A stretch of 64,000 bases of DNA, from IMG/VR virus record IMGVR_UViG_3300028800_000006, positions 1 to 64,000 of that record. One strand, 5' to 3'. The translations under genes and the position numbers were made by a program. Of the stretch, positions 1 to 8,359 are shown in pieces (positions within the stretch are counted from its first letter, which is position 1; every line of letters starts with the position of its first letter). Origin of the DNA: a virus. The notes beneath the pieces were generated by a model. The model was not told the DNA's origin and made no database searches. It saw only the letters and a program-made list of their open reading frames with translations.

Positions 1-1476
1 ATCCGAAGGCACCGGCGGGATCGCAGCGGGAGCCCCGCCCTGCAGCGGCGCCGCCTGCTGAAGCGGATTCGCCCGCGGCGCGACCTGACGGCGCTGCTGC
101 TGAACCTGCTGCATCTGCGCGGCCTGGGCGTTCTGCTGGCTCCGCTCAGCGAGCGCGGCCGTGATCTGCGCGGCGCGGTCGAGCGCACCCTGGATGGCCG
201 AGGCGTACCACGGCTGGTTGCCGCCACCGGACACTTCGAGCAGCTGCGTGAACACGTCCTTCTGCAGCGCCATCGCCTCCTTGGCCGCTTCCACGATCGC
301 CTTGCCGCCCTCGGCCGCGTCGCCCTTCGCAGCCTGCATCATCTGCATGAGCTGGATCGGCGAGATGATGCTGGACTGGAGCTGCGCCAGCATCTGCTGC
401 TGACTGCGCTCGGTCGCCGCAGTTCCGGTCTGCGTGGCGGCCTGGATCGCCTTCACCGCCTCCATCGCGGACTGCTGCTGCGACGTGATCAACTGCATCA
501 GCATCGGCAGCATCGGGTCCGTCTTGTTGGTGCTCAGCGCGGCGATAGTGCGATCGAAATCGGCCTTCATCGCCAGCATGTCCGCTCGGCGCTGGTCCTC
601 CGCACGTCGCGCCTCCTCACGCAGGGCAGCGTCCTTGCGATCCTGCTCGGCGCGGCGTTCGGCCGCTTCAGCGAGGCGCCGCGTCTCCGCGATCTCGGCC
701 TGCAGTCGCAGCTCGCTCTCGCTCGGGCCGCTCGGGCGGGCCGCCAGCTTGTCGATCAGCAAGGCGAACTGCTTTTGCGTCTCCTCGGCCTGGCGGCGGA
801 TCTCACCACGCAAATTGTCCATCTCACGTTGTCTGTTTTGATCGGCGAGCTGCTGTTCGAGCTGCTTCACCCGAGCGCTGTCACCGGAGTCCACCGGGAT
901 GTTGCCCCAGCCGCCCCACCCGCCTTGCTGCTGCGGGCCCTGCCACGACCAGGGTGTTGCGTTCGGCGGAACGGAGGCGAGATGTCCACTGGACGACGGG
1001 GGCTGCGGCAACGCTTCGCCACGACTCCAGTTCACTGCCGTTCCCCACGGCGTCGTCAGCACGCCCAGCTCCTGGTTGTAGTAATACCCACGTCCAAGGT
1101 GCTGCACGTTCGGTCCGGGCGGTGGTGCGCTGCCGGGCTGCTGATCGGGAGTGGTCGCCATCGAGAATCCTCCATCCTGCTGCTGTTGCCCTGGCATGTC
1201 GCCGCCGAGCTTGGTCATCCAAACGTCCTCCCCTGTGCCGCCGGCATCCGCCACCGTGAACTTGTAGAACCCGGCGCCGTGCTTGAGCGGTAGCGTCGTC
1301 ACCAAATCCAGCGCCGGAGTCAGCGGCATCTGCACCGTAGGCACAAGTGTCGTTCCGATCGACCCTCGCGGTTGCATGTACTTCACCACCGTGACGATCC
1401 ACCCAGTGAACGAGTTGAGTTTCCCGATATCGGGTTCGGACTTGGGGAGCTTCTCGACAGGCGCTGCAACGGCCAT
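1..1476 (-). CDS. Large Gln/Ala-rich coiled-coil protein, partial (runs off the left edge); absent from the ORF track
   Basis: Manual translation: ATG at 1476 preceded by GAGGT, open to position 1 (MAVAAPVEKLPK...RVKQLEQQLADQNRQREMDNLRGEIRRQAEE...MLPMLMQLITSQQQ). Confidence 0.75.
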   Translation of the reverse strand, partial: MAVAAPVEKLPKSEPDIGKLNSFTGWIVTVVKYMQPRGSIGTTLVPTVQMPLTPALDLVTTLPLKHGAGFYKFTVADAGGTGEDVWMTKLGGDMPGQQQQDGGFSMATTPDQQPGSAPPPGPNVQHLGRGYYYNQELGVLTTPWGTAVNWSRGEALPQPPSSSGHLASVPPNATPWSWQGPQQQGGWGGWGNIPVDSGDSARVKQLEQQLADQNRQREMDNLRGEIRRQAEETQKQFALLIDKLAARPSGPSESELRLQAEIAETRRLAEAAERRAEQDRKDAALREEARRAEDQRRADMLAMKADFDRTIAALSTNKTDPMLPMLMQLITSQQQSAMEAVKAIQAATQTGTAATERSQQQMLAQLQSSIISPIQLMQMMQAAKGDAAEGGKAIVEAAKEAMALQKDVFTQLLEVSGGGNQPWYASAIQGALDRAAQITAALAERSQQNAQAAQMQQVQQQRRQVAPRANPLQQAAPLQGGAPAAIPPVPSD

Positions 1477-1544
1477 GGACACCTCGACGTGTTGGATAAC
1501 TGGCGGAAGAGGCGAGGATGAACCCCGAGCGCGGCGGTGTCAAC

Positions 1545-1574
1545 TTGCTCCGGCAGGCAAAACGAGCGTATTCT
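1545..1574 (+). promoter_or_regulatory. Sigma-70-like promoter TTGCTC-N18-TATTCT upstream of a GC-rich hairpin
   Basis: Same architecture as other promoters in the window; predicted start near 1581. Confidence 0.45.
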
Positions 1575-1580
1575 GGCCGC

Positions 1581-1643
1581 GGGCCCCCGTGCAGGAGAGA
1601 CACCACCGGCAGTGGCAACCTCCCTCCCCTGCGCGGGGGCGCC
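1581..1643 (+). ncRNA. Candidate small structured RNA or 5' leader hairpin
   Basis: Arms GCCCCCGTGCAGGAGAG (1583-1599) and CTCCCCTGCGCGGGGGC (1624-1640) with inner stem CCAC/GTGG; intergenic. Confidence 0.3.
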
Positions 1644-1710
1644 TGTTCGGTTCCGCGCAATCTGCGTCTTCACCTTGACGCCAGCAAGCTGGCACGGGAC
1701 ACTCGGGCCC

Positions 1711-2148
1711 ATGGCTTGCCCACACTGCCAGCACGACGATCACGGTAACGGCCCCTGCGCCACCTGCACGGCCAGCGGCTCCGGCACCTGCTGGCAGCGC
1801 ATCAAAATCGTGGGGGGTGACGGCGAGACGTCAGCGTCCGGCCTGGTCGAGCTGGCGAAAGGCACGGAGGTGCGCCCGTGCCTCATGTGCCGAAAGTTCG
1901 ACGTCGTGACCCGCGATCGGATGGTCGAGCACTTCCTGGCCAACGGCCTCGAAGCCCAGCCAAACGGCACGTTCACGACGCCAATCGTGAAGGACTACCC
2001 CGGCCGGAAGTCGCTCGTGCTCGATCCACGCAACTTCGGCTTCTGCCGGCGCGATGCGATCGCGGTCGATCAGCAGGCCACCTGCAGCAACTGGACGCCG
2101 ACGAAGCGCATCGGCGAGCTGCAGGACCGGATGACGCGGCGGGGGTGA
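1711..2148 (+). CDS. Cys-rich putative zinc-binding protein
   Basis: CPHC..H..CATC..C and CLMC..C..C; ATG 1711 follows TTGACG-N17-GACACT. Confidence 0.7.
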   Translation: MACPHCQHDDHGNGPCATCTASGSGTCWQRIKIVGGDGETSASGLVELAKGTEVRPCLMCRKFDVVTRDRMVEHFLANGLEAQPNGTFTTPIVKDYPGRKSLVLDPRNFGFCRRDAIAVDQQATCSNWTPTKRIGELQDRMTRRG

Positions 2149-2151
2149 GGG

Positions 2152-2265
2152 ATGAACCTCCGAACTGGGATTGCAGCGGCTGTCGGGCTGGGCGTGTTTC
2201 TTCTCGCGGAGGGCACAGCGCGTCTCGGGGTGCGCCTGCGCCGCTGGTGGAAAGCCCGGAAGTGA
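2152..2265 (+). CDS. 37-aa membrane microprotein
   Basis: MNLRTGIAAAVGLGVFLLAEGTARLGVRLRRWWKARK; fills the gap between neighbours, stop overlaps next ATG. Confidence 0.55.
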   Translation: MNLRTGIAAAVGLGVFLLAEGTARLGVRLRRWWKARK

Positions 2266-2618
2266 TGAGCCTTGATGTTGGTCATCTAGCGCTGCTCGGG
2301 CTGCTCAGCACCGCGCTGCACTGGCTGTTCGCCCGCGCCGAGATCACGCGCCCGCTGTGGTCTCGCGCCACCGGCTGGTTCGCGAAGCTCCTGGCCTGCC
2401 CAGCATGCTCAGGCTGGTGGATCGGGCTCGGGCTCGGAATCGGTGGCGTGCAGCCTGTGGCGGGCCCCTGGCGGCCCCTGGCGGCGATATTCAGCGGCCT
2501 CCTGGCCATCGTGCTGACGCCGGTGCTGGAGGCTGTGATGCTGTGGGGGCTAGAGCGGAGCGCAATCGGTGAGGAAGAGCCGGTCGACCCGAACGATCCT
2601 GACGGGCTGAATAGCTAG
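2265..2618 (+). CDS. DUF1360-like membrane protein
   Basis: Hydrophobic helices with LLACPACSGWWIG motif. Confidence 0.65.
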   Translation: MSLDVGHLALLGLLSTALHWLFARAEITRPLWSRATGWFAKLLACPACSGWWIGLGLGIGGVQPVAGPWRPLAAIFSGLLAIVLTPVLEAVMLWGLERSAIGEEEPVDPNDPDGLNS

Positions 2619-2872
2619 CGGGACAGCATCGCGGTCGCGGAGAGCGATCGAACGTCCTCAGCATCATCGGCGTGGTGGCCGTGGATCCACTCGGTCCCCT
2701 CCCTATCCACGCGGCACGTGATGCGCAGCCCTGACTCGGTCATCACGTCGAACTTCTCACGCACAGGTAGATCGCCGAAGGCCTGTCCAACTACAGTCGC
2801 CCGGCTCACCGTGAGCCGGTCACCCGTGTCCCACCACGCTACCGTGATCGGGTCGCCGACCTCCAGCATCAT
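2615..2872 (-). CDS. EGxxW-family small paralog 1
   Basis: VGDPITV...EGTEWIHGHHADDAEDVRSLSATAMLSR. Confidence 0.85.
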   Translation of the reverse strand: MMLEVGDPITVAWWDTGDRLTVSRATVVGQAFGDLPVREKFDVMTESGLRITCRVDREGTEWIHGHHADDAEDVRSLSATAMLSR

Positions 2873-3129
2873 CGCAGCAGCGCCACCTGCGCCTGCAGCG
2901 CCTTTGCGTCATCGGTGTTCCAGCCCCGCGCCCACATCTTGCCCTCGGCAGTCAGAAGCTCACGCCCATGAATGTACTTCCCTTCAGGATCATGCCCGTA
3001 CCACAGGAACGCGTCGTGAGCGCGCTCGCACGGGCCGCCAGCACGCACATGAACCATTTTGTTCATGTCAGTGATGACAATGATCTCGGTGCCGGGCAGC
3101 AGCGGCTTCGACGTGTCCGTTTTCGTCAT
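2869..3129 (-). CDS. EGxxW-family small paralog 2
   Basis: LPGTEIIV...EGKMWARGWNTDDAKALQAQVALLR; 4-nt gene overlaps. Confidence 0.85.
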   Translation of the reverse strand: MTKTDTSKPLLPGTEIIVITDMNKMVHVRAGGPCERAHDAFLWYGHDPEGKYIHGRELLTAEGKMWARGWNTDDAKALQAQVALLR

Positions 3130-3377
3130 GCCAGCAATCTAACACGAGCCTCTAAGGCCCGTGCGTCATCGGTGTCGTGGCCCCGGGCCCAGGTGATGCC
3201 TTCCAGGTGAAGGCCAAAATGGGACTCGTGCGCCCTCCAGTCTGCTGCGGGCAGTGCAACAACCGTAAACCACACCACTCCTGAATACGCCGCGACGTCA
3301 GCAACACGCGCAGGCACAACGCCCTGTCCACCGTCCGCCAACGTGACCTTCACCGTTACGGCATCGCCAACAGTCAC
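3126..3377 (-). CDS. EGxxW-family small paralog 3
   Basis: VGDAVTV...EGITWARGHDTDDARALEARVRLLA. Confidence 0.85.
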   Translation of the reverse strand: MTVGDAVTVKVTLADGGQGVVPARVADVAAYSGVVWFTVVALPAADWRAHESHFGLHLEGITWARGHDTDDARALEARVRLLA

Positions 3378-3652
3378 TCCGGCAGCTCTCCGCCGGCCTC
3401 GACGATCTCGTGTTCGAGCTGGGCGAGCGCCGTGCGTAGCGCATCGCGCAGCCCGAGCGCGAAGGGCAGCGACAGCGGATGGTGCTCGACCGCCAGGTGC
3501 CGTGGGCCTCCGTAGCGGTACGTGTAGGCTTTCAGCAGCGGCGGATGAATCCCCGGGTCATAGGCGCCATCGTCCGTGAGCCCAAGGCGCCGTGGCGCGT
3601 GGGTGAGCCCGCACAGCGGACAACCGAGACGTGTTCGTTCTACGATTGCCAT
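3374..3652 (-). CDS. Hypothetical protein with CPLC motif
   Basis: Coupled ORF inside the paralog cluster but lacking the family motif. Confidence 0.7.
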   Translation of the reverse strand: MAIVERTRLGCPLCGLTHAPRRLGLTDDGAYDPGIHPPLLKAYTYRYGGPRHLAVEHHPLSLPFALGLRDALRTALAQLEHEIVEAGGELPE

Positions 3653-3667
3653 GTGACCATATAGAGT

Positions 3668-3928
3668 CTAGCGGAGAAGAGCGTACTCGGCGCGCAGGGC
3701 CTGAAGATCCTCACCGCTATAGCGCGCCCACCAGACGCCTTCCATTCGGAGCCAGACTGGCGCCCAGCGCCGACCTCGATCACGAGCGCCGGCCCGCGCA
3801 TCGCGAACCTTCATCAGCTTCCCGCGCGGGTTGTGCCCCAACACCACACCAAGGCTAGGCGCGCTGCCTAGCAGAATGATCTTGCTGCCCTTCGGCAAGA
3901 ACCGCTGCCAGTTTGGTCGGCGTGCCAT
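3668..3928 (-). CDS. EGxxW-family small paralog 4
   Basis: LPKGSKIIL...EGVWWARYSGEDLQALRAEYALLR. Confidence 0.8.
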   Translation of the reverse strand: MARRPNWQRFLPKGSKIILLGSAPSLGVVLGHNPRGKLMKVRDARAGARDRGRRWAPVWLRMEGVWWARYSGEDLQALRAEYALLR

Positions 3929-3930
3929 TG

Positions 3931-4185
3931 CTAGTCTTTCAACAGTAGGCGCTCAGCGCGGAAGGCATTCGCTTCGTCTGTGTCCCAGCCCATCACCCAC
4001 AGCTTGCGGTAATCACGCCGCAAAAACGACATGGCGGCTCCGCCTCCTGAGCCAGGACGGAATTGAATCCTGCGCCCACCTGAAGGGCCGGTGATGCGGC
4101 CTTGCACCACACCAGCACGTGTCGCCACTGTGACCCTCATCCCCGCGTACACGAGCGGCAGATCTGGACGCCGAGGCCGCTTCAT
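3931..4185 (-). CDS. EGxxW-family small paralog 5 (divergent)
   Basis: YAGMRVTV...DYRKLWVMGWDTDEANAFRAERLLLKD. Confidence 0.8.
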   Translation of the reverse strand: MKRPRRPDLPLVYAGMRVTVATRAGVVQGRITGPSGGRRIQFRPGSGGGAAMSFLRRDYRKLWVMGWDTDEANAFRAERLLLKD

Positions 4186-4424
4186 GCCAGCAACGCCTGC
4201 TGAGCGCGCAGCATAGCCGCCTCCAATGTGCCTTCGAGGGCCCAGGTGACGCCATAGTCGCTGCGCAGCACGTGCCGAACAAGCCGGGGTAGGACGCGAA
4301 GGCGCACGTGGTCCCCTGCGCTTCCGGTCACCTGTGCTTCAGCCACCTCGGGTGGACCATGGGGTGCCGCCACCAGCAGCACCACGACCGGCACACCCCG
4401 CTTGATGTACGCTGCGCTCTTCAT
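4182..4424 (-). CDS. EGxxW-family small paralog 6 (divergent)
   Basis: IKRGVPVVV...DYGVTWALEGTLEAAMLRAQQALLA. Confidence 0.8.
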   Translation of the reverse strand: MKSAAYIKRGVPVVVLLVAAPHGPPEVAEAQVTGSAGDHVRLRVLPRLVRHVLRSDYGVTWALEGTLEAAMLRAQQALLA

Positions 4425-4675
4425 GCCAGCAACGCAACACGCGCTCGAAGCTCCAGCGCTTCGATGGTGTCCCAGCCGCGGACCCAGCTCCCGCCATTCC
4501 GCAGCAGCACCGCCTCAGATCGCCGTCCTGCCCGGAAGCTCTCACGCCATTCCACATGGGTGGGGCTGATTCGGACTGCTCGCGCTCGAATACAGTGCTC
4601 GATGCCAAGCATGTCCCACACGTGAAGCGTGATCCGCTCCCCGCGCCGCAATCGCTTCAGCCGCCTCGACTTCAC
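4421..4675 (-). CDS. EGxxW-family small paralog 7
   Basis: LRRGERITL...NGGSWVRGWDTIEALELRARVALLA. Confidence 0.8.
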   Translation of the reverse strand: MKSRRLKRLRRGERITLHVWDMLGIEHCIRARAVRISPTHVEWRESFRAGRRSEAVLLRNGGSWVRGWDTIEALELRARVALLA

Positions 4676-4691
4676 TGCCAGATAACTAGCA
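4676..4691. promoter_or_regulatory. Quasi-palindromic operator, copy 1 (TGCCAGATAACTAGCA)
   Basis: Abuts the GTG start of the paralog cluster; near-identical copies at 37542, 43700, 54775, 58798. Confidence 0.65.
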
Positions 4692-4708
4692 CAGGCTCGA
4701 ACGAGTGA

Positions 4709-4960
4709 TCAAGCTGCCGCTGCGACCGCCCGAGCCACTGCACCGAAACGGAACGGCTCCGAGGCGCGCCGCGTCTTGTGCACGATAAGCATCAGCCGCC
4801 CCGCGCTCGGCTCCACTCGCCCCGACTCGTACCCCTGCAGGGTCTGCCACGGGATGCCGCAGTGCTTCGCGAACTCCTGCAGGGTCATCCCCATCTCGTC
4901 GCGCAGACGACGGATCTCGGCGCCGACCGCCGCAGAAGCCGTTTTGGTGTCGCCCGACAT
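4709..4960 (-). CDS. XRE-family helix-turn-helix regulator
   Basis: GAEIRRLRDEMGMTLQEFAKHCGIPWQTLQGYESGRVEP; TTGACA-N18-TACCTT lies 6 nt before ATG 4960. Confidence 0.9.
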   Translation of the reverse strand: MSGDTKTASAAVGAEIRRLRDEMGMTLQEFAKHCGIPWQTLQGYESGRVEPSAGRLMLIVHKTRRASEPFRFGAVARAVAAAA

Positions 4961-5049
4961 GATGGAAAGGTAGGGCACGACGCTCATTCATGTCAAGAGG
5001 ACGTGTCGGGTGGACGTCTCCCTGGCAATTCCACATCACCCAGCCCGAA

Positions 5050-5220
5050 GTGATATGGCACGGTCTTGGCTACGCGTACGCGTACGCGGGCGCGCACGAA
5101 AAGCGAATACGCACATTACTACACAGAATATATAGGTAGTATAGTAAGTATTACCTTATTGTGTGTGCGTGTGAGGATATTCCTATTCCTTGTAATTCTG
5201 TGATATGGAATCGGCCTGGA
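5050..5220. other. AT-rich intergenic island, candidate origin or control region
   Basis: Strongly AT-rich 5100-5210, (TACGCG)3 at 5071-5088, flanking imperfect direct repeats beginning GTGATATGG at 5050 and 5200. Confidence 0.4.
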
Positions 5221-5227
5221 GGTCACC

Positions 5228-6142
5228 ATGTCACGCCGCCCCGCTGCCGATGTCGCCGTCCCGATCACGATCGACCAAATTTCTTTTCGCCTCGCCACGA
5301 GCACATTGACGCACCTTCCCGATGCCGTCGCTTTCATCCGCGCACAGCTCCACAAGGGGATCTCCGGACCCGTGGCGGCCGAGTACGCCAGGCTCACCGC
5401 CAAGGCCATGCGCCTCGGGTACGCTGCCGACCCGGCGCGGATCATCTCGCGGCCCGAGCGCACCGCCGTCAACGCCTACTGGGCCTGGGCGGAGCACGCC
5501 TACCACGAGCGCGTGACACCGGTCCTGCGCACCTTCGCTCAGCACGATATCCGGAAGAGCCTGCCCTGGCTCCGGGTGGGCTCGGTCGTGCCCCCCCGTG
5601 AAGGCAAGCAGATCCCCCGGCTGATGCAGGTGGCCCAGCTCCAACTGGACGAGGAGACCAAGGAAGCTGTGATGACGCCGGCCCAGTACGGTTGGGTGGA
5701 CGCCGAGCGCGAGTGGACGCTGCACCTGCCCCATGTGGCGTGCCCGGCCCACCAGGACCCGTGCTCCACCTGTGTGCCTGTCGTGCTGACGGCAGAACAG
5801 GTCGAGGTCATCGCGGCGGCCTTCGAGAAGGCGTGGGGGCATCGAGATCTGACCCGCGTGCCGGCGGACTGCCTCCTGTTCGGCACGCCGCCGCTCGAAG
5901 GGGGGCCCGCCGAGCGCAAGGCGCAAGGGCTGGGCCGGATCGCGGCGCTGATCCCGGAGAGCGCGCTCGCGGGCACGGTGCGCCAGCTCCGCGGTCAGGT
6001 GACGGAGGATGTGGAGGCGTTCAAGGCACGGCTCGCAGATCAGAACACGGACGTGATCGTGATCTCCAAGGCGCTGGCGGGCGCGCGGCTGGCCGATCTG
6101 CTGGAGGCGACCAGGGCGGCCTGGGTGCCAGCCGAGAGTTGA
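5228..6142 (+). CDS. Hypothetical protein (304 aa) with C/H cluster
   Basis: GGAGGT RBS; HVACPAHQDPCSTC. Confidence 0.75.
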   Translation: MSRRPAADVAVPITIDQISFRLATSTLTHLPDAVAFIRAQLHKGISGPVAAEYARLTAKAMRLGYAADPARIISRPERTAVNAYWAWAEHAYHERVTPVLRTFAQHDIRKSLPWLRVGSVVPPREGKQIPRLMQVAQLQLDEETKEAVMTPAQYGWVDAEREWTLHLPHVACPAHQDPCSTCVPVVLTAEQVEVIAAAFEKAWGHRDLTRVPADCLLFGTPPLEGGPAERKAQGLGRIAALIPESALAGTVRQLRGQVTEDVEAFKARLADQNTDVIVISKALAGARLADLLEATRAAWVPAES

Positions 6143-6176
6143 CACACGCGTGCAGCTAGCTGTATAGGCGTAGACT

Positions 6177-6413
6177 GTGTCTTACGAACGTGACCAACGG
6201 AAGTCTCTGCTGGCGTTGCTTGCTCTGATCGTGCTGGCTGTCGTCATAGGGCTCAGCGCGCGAGTTGACTGCAGGACAGCAGAGGCAGCTCTGCAGCACG
6301 CTAATGAGAGGAACGCACAGCTTCAGCGGAGGCTCGATCGGTGCACGCTGGACCAGCAGCTCGACCGTGTGATCGAGCTGAACCATGTGATTCAGGTTCG
6401 GAGGATTGAATGA
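6177..6413 (+). CDS. Small membrane-anchored coiled-coil protein
   Basis: N-terminal hydrophobic helix then heptad-like region; overlaps next ATG. Confidence 0.65.
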   Translation: MSYERDQRKSLLALLALIVLAVVIGLSARVDCRTAEAALQHANERNAQLQRRLDRCTLDQQLDRVIELNHVIQVRRIE

Positions 6414-8134
6414 AACCGTTTGTCGTCTCCCCCGAGGTCTCCTTCCCGGCGAATGCAGCCACCTCCACCTTTGCCTATCTCGGCACACGCGGCAGCGGTA
6501 AGACCTTCGCGGCCGGCGTCATGGCGGAGGAGTTTCTTGCTCAACACGTGCAGGTGGTTGTTGTGGACTTGGTGGGGACGTGGTGGGCACTCCGCCTCAA
6601 CCACGACGGCAAGCGGCCCGGCTTCGATATCCCGGTCTTCGGCGGCATCCACGGTGATATCCCGCTCGCGCCCACCGCAGGTGGCCTCGTGGCGTCGCTC
6701 ATTGCCGAGCGCGGCATGTCGATGGTGCTCGACATCTCCGACTTCACGATCGGGCAGCAGCGCCGATTCGTCACCGACCTGGCGCACGACGTGTTCCAGC
6801 TCAAGAAGCGGAACCCGTCGCCTGTTCACTTCATCTTCGAGGAAGGCCACGAGGTGTTCCCGCAGTTCGTCGATGGCGCTGCTGCTCCGCTCGTTGGCGC
6901 CACCACGCGCATGTGGAAGATCGGCCGGAACTACGGCATCGGCGGCACGATCATCAGCCAGCGTGCCGCCGAGGTGAACAAGAGCGCGCTCAACCTCACC
7001 GATCGGATCATCACAGGCCAGCTCAAGGCGCCCGAGGACATCAAGCGCATCGATGGGTGGGCCAACTCGAATGGCGTGTCGGACGCGATGGTCAAGGAGC
7101 TGCCGAAGCTGCCGAAGGGCACGCTCATCGTGTGGGGGGAGACGGGTGCGGTTCGAACCGTGTTCAAGCCTAAGCTCACGTTCGACGCCTCGCGTACGCC
7201 AGACGGAACCATCAGTCGAAAGCGGCTCGCGCCGATCGATCTCGAAGCTGTGCGCACCGCAATGGCTGCAAGCGTGGAGGAGGCGCAGGCCAACGATCCG
7301 AAGGCACTGCGGGCGCGAATCACTGAACTGGAGAAGAAGCTGCGCGAGGTTCCAGCAGCGGCCCCAGGCAAGACGATCGAGAAGCCTGTGGTGAAGGAAT
7401 CTGACCTGAAGCGCGTGGAGGCGGCTGAGAAACGAACTGAAGCGCTAGCCGATCGCTGGCTAGCCAGCACGAATGAGCTGAAAGATGTTGTGCGAGCGCT
7501 GGCACGGACGGTAGCGGAGGCGATGACGTTGCGAACAGCACCGCCTGTAGCAGCACCACGACGCTTTGGCGATGGCATCAACACATTCAGGCCGCTTGGG
7601 AAGGAACAGACTCTGCAAGAGGCGTCATACACGCGTCAGATGCAGCAGTCTGGCGGCGTCGAGCACATTCCCGACAAGTGCCAACGCATGCTCGCGGCGC
7701 TCCGGCACGGCGAGGCGATGGGGATGAAGACGATGCCGTTCAAGTCTGTCGCACTCATCGCTGGAGTAGCGCCCACGTCTGGCACGACGAGCAATCGCAA
7801 GGGCCTTCTCACCAAAGGCGGATACATGACCACGCACGGCGATCAGGTACAACTCACAGACAAAGGCCGGGCCTATCCAATCGACGTGGAGATGCCGCCT
7901 ACTGAGCCGAAAGCACTGCTCGCCTATTGGAAGCGTGAGATCGGCACGGAGAAGATCGCCACGATGCTGGATGTGGTGGTCACGCGAGGCCAAGCGACGA
8001 GTGAAGAGTTAGCAGAAGCGGCGGGCATGGAGATGTCGGGGACATTCAGCAACTACAAGGGTGAGCTGACCCGCCGGGGTCTGATCATCAAACAGGGCAA
8101 CGCCTACGTGCCCGCAGAGGCATTCACACGATGA
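6410..8134 (+). CDS. HerA/FtsK-superfamily ATPase (DUF87-like) with coiled coil and C-terminal winged-helix-like domains
   Basis: Walker A GTRGSGKT, Walker B FIFEEGHE, GRNYGIG...SQR. Confidence 0.85.
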   Translation: MKPFVVSPEVSFPANAATSTFAYLGTRGSGKTFAAGVMAEEFLAQHVQVVVVDLVGTWWALRLNHDGKRPGFDIPVFGGIHGDIPLAPTAGGLVASLIAERGMSMVLDISDFTIGQQRRFVTDLAHDVFQLKKRNPSPVHFIFEEGHEVFPQFVDGAAAPLVGATTRMWKIGRNYGIGGTIISQRAAEVNKSALNLTDRIITGQLKAPEDIKRIDGWANSNGVSDAMVKELPKLPKGTLIVWGETGAVRTVFKPKLTFDASRTPDGTISRKRLAPIDLEAVRTAMAASVEEAQANDPKALRARITELEKKLREVPAAAPGKTIEKPVVKESDLKRVEAAEKRTEALADRWLASTNELKDVVRALARTVAEAMTLRTAPPVAAPRRFGDGINTFRPLGKEQTLQEASYTRQMQQSGGVEHIPDKCQRMLAALRHGEAMGMKTMPFKSVALIAGVAPTSGTTSNRKGLLTKGGYMTTHGDQVQLTDKGRAYPIDVEMPPTEPKALLAYWKREIGTEKIATMLDVVVTRGQATSEELAEAAGMEMSGTFSNYKGELTRRGLIIKQGNAYVPAEAFTR

Positions 8135-8346
8135 CCACAAAGAAGACCACGAAGAAGCGCGACGAAGGCCGCTACCGCAACGTGCGCATGACGCCGGATA
8201 GCTACAAGCGGCTGGAGGATCTGCTGGCGATGGTCGCGAAAGCAGGGTGGGCGGCTGTTGGGTCGGCCAGAAGTGATCGCGTGACGTACACAGCTGTGGT
8301 GGGCGAGGCGATCGACCAGCTGATGGATCGGGCGAAGAAGCGATAG
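8131..8346 (+). CDS. Small basic DNA-binding protein, ribbon-helix-helix-like
   Basis: YRNVRMTPDSYKRLEDL...YTAVVGEAIDQL. Confidence 0.6.
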   Translation: MTTKKTTKKRDEGRYRNVRMTPDSYKRLEDLLAMVAKAGWAAVGSARSDRVTYTAVVGEAIDQLMDRAKKR

Positions 8347-8359
8347 AATCTGTCTCGTC

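Noticed and set aside
2615-4675. C-terminal ALLA/RLLA ends as ssrA-like degrons
   Set aside because: Only three members end this way; others end in R, KD or long extensions, so it is more likely part of the conserved helix
5231-6145. Long antisense and alternate-frame ORFs (also 881-1660, 8009-9136, 14503-15552, 19511-20569, 45336-46394, 61787-63196)
   Set aside because: Shadows of real genes caused by high GC3; no motifs or RBS
6410-8134. Terminase large subunit
   Set aside because: Motifs fit HerA/FtsK and there is no RNase H-like nuclease domain
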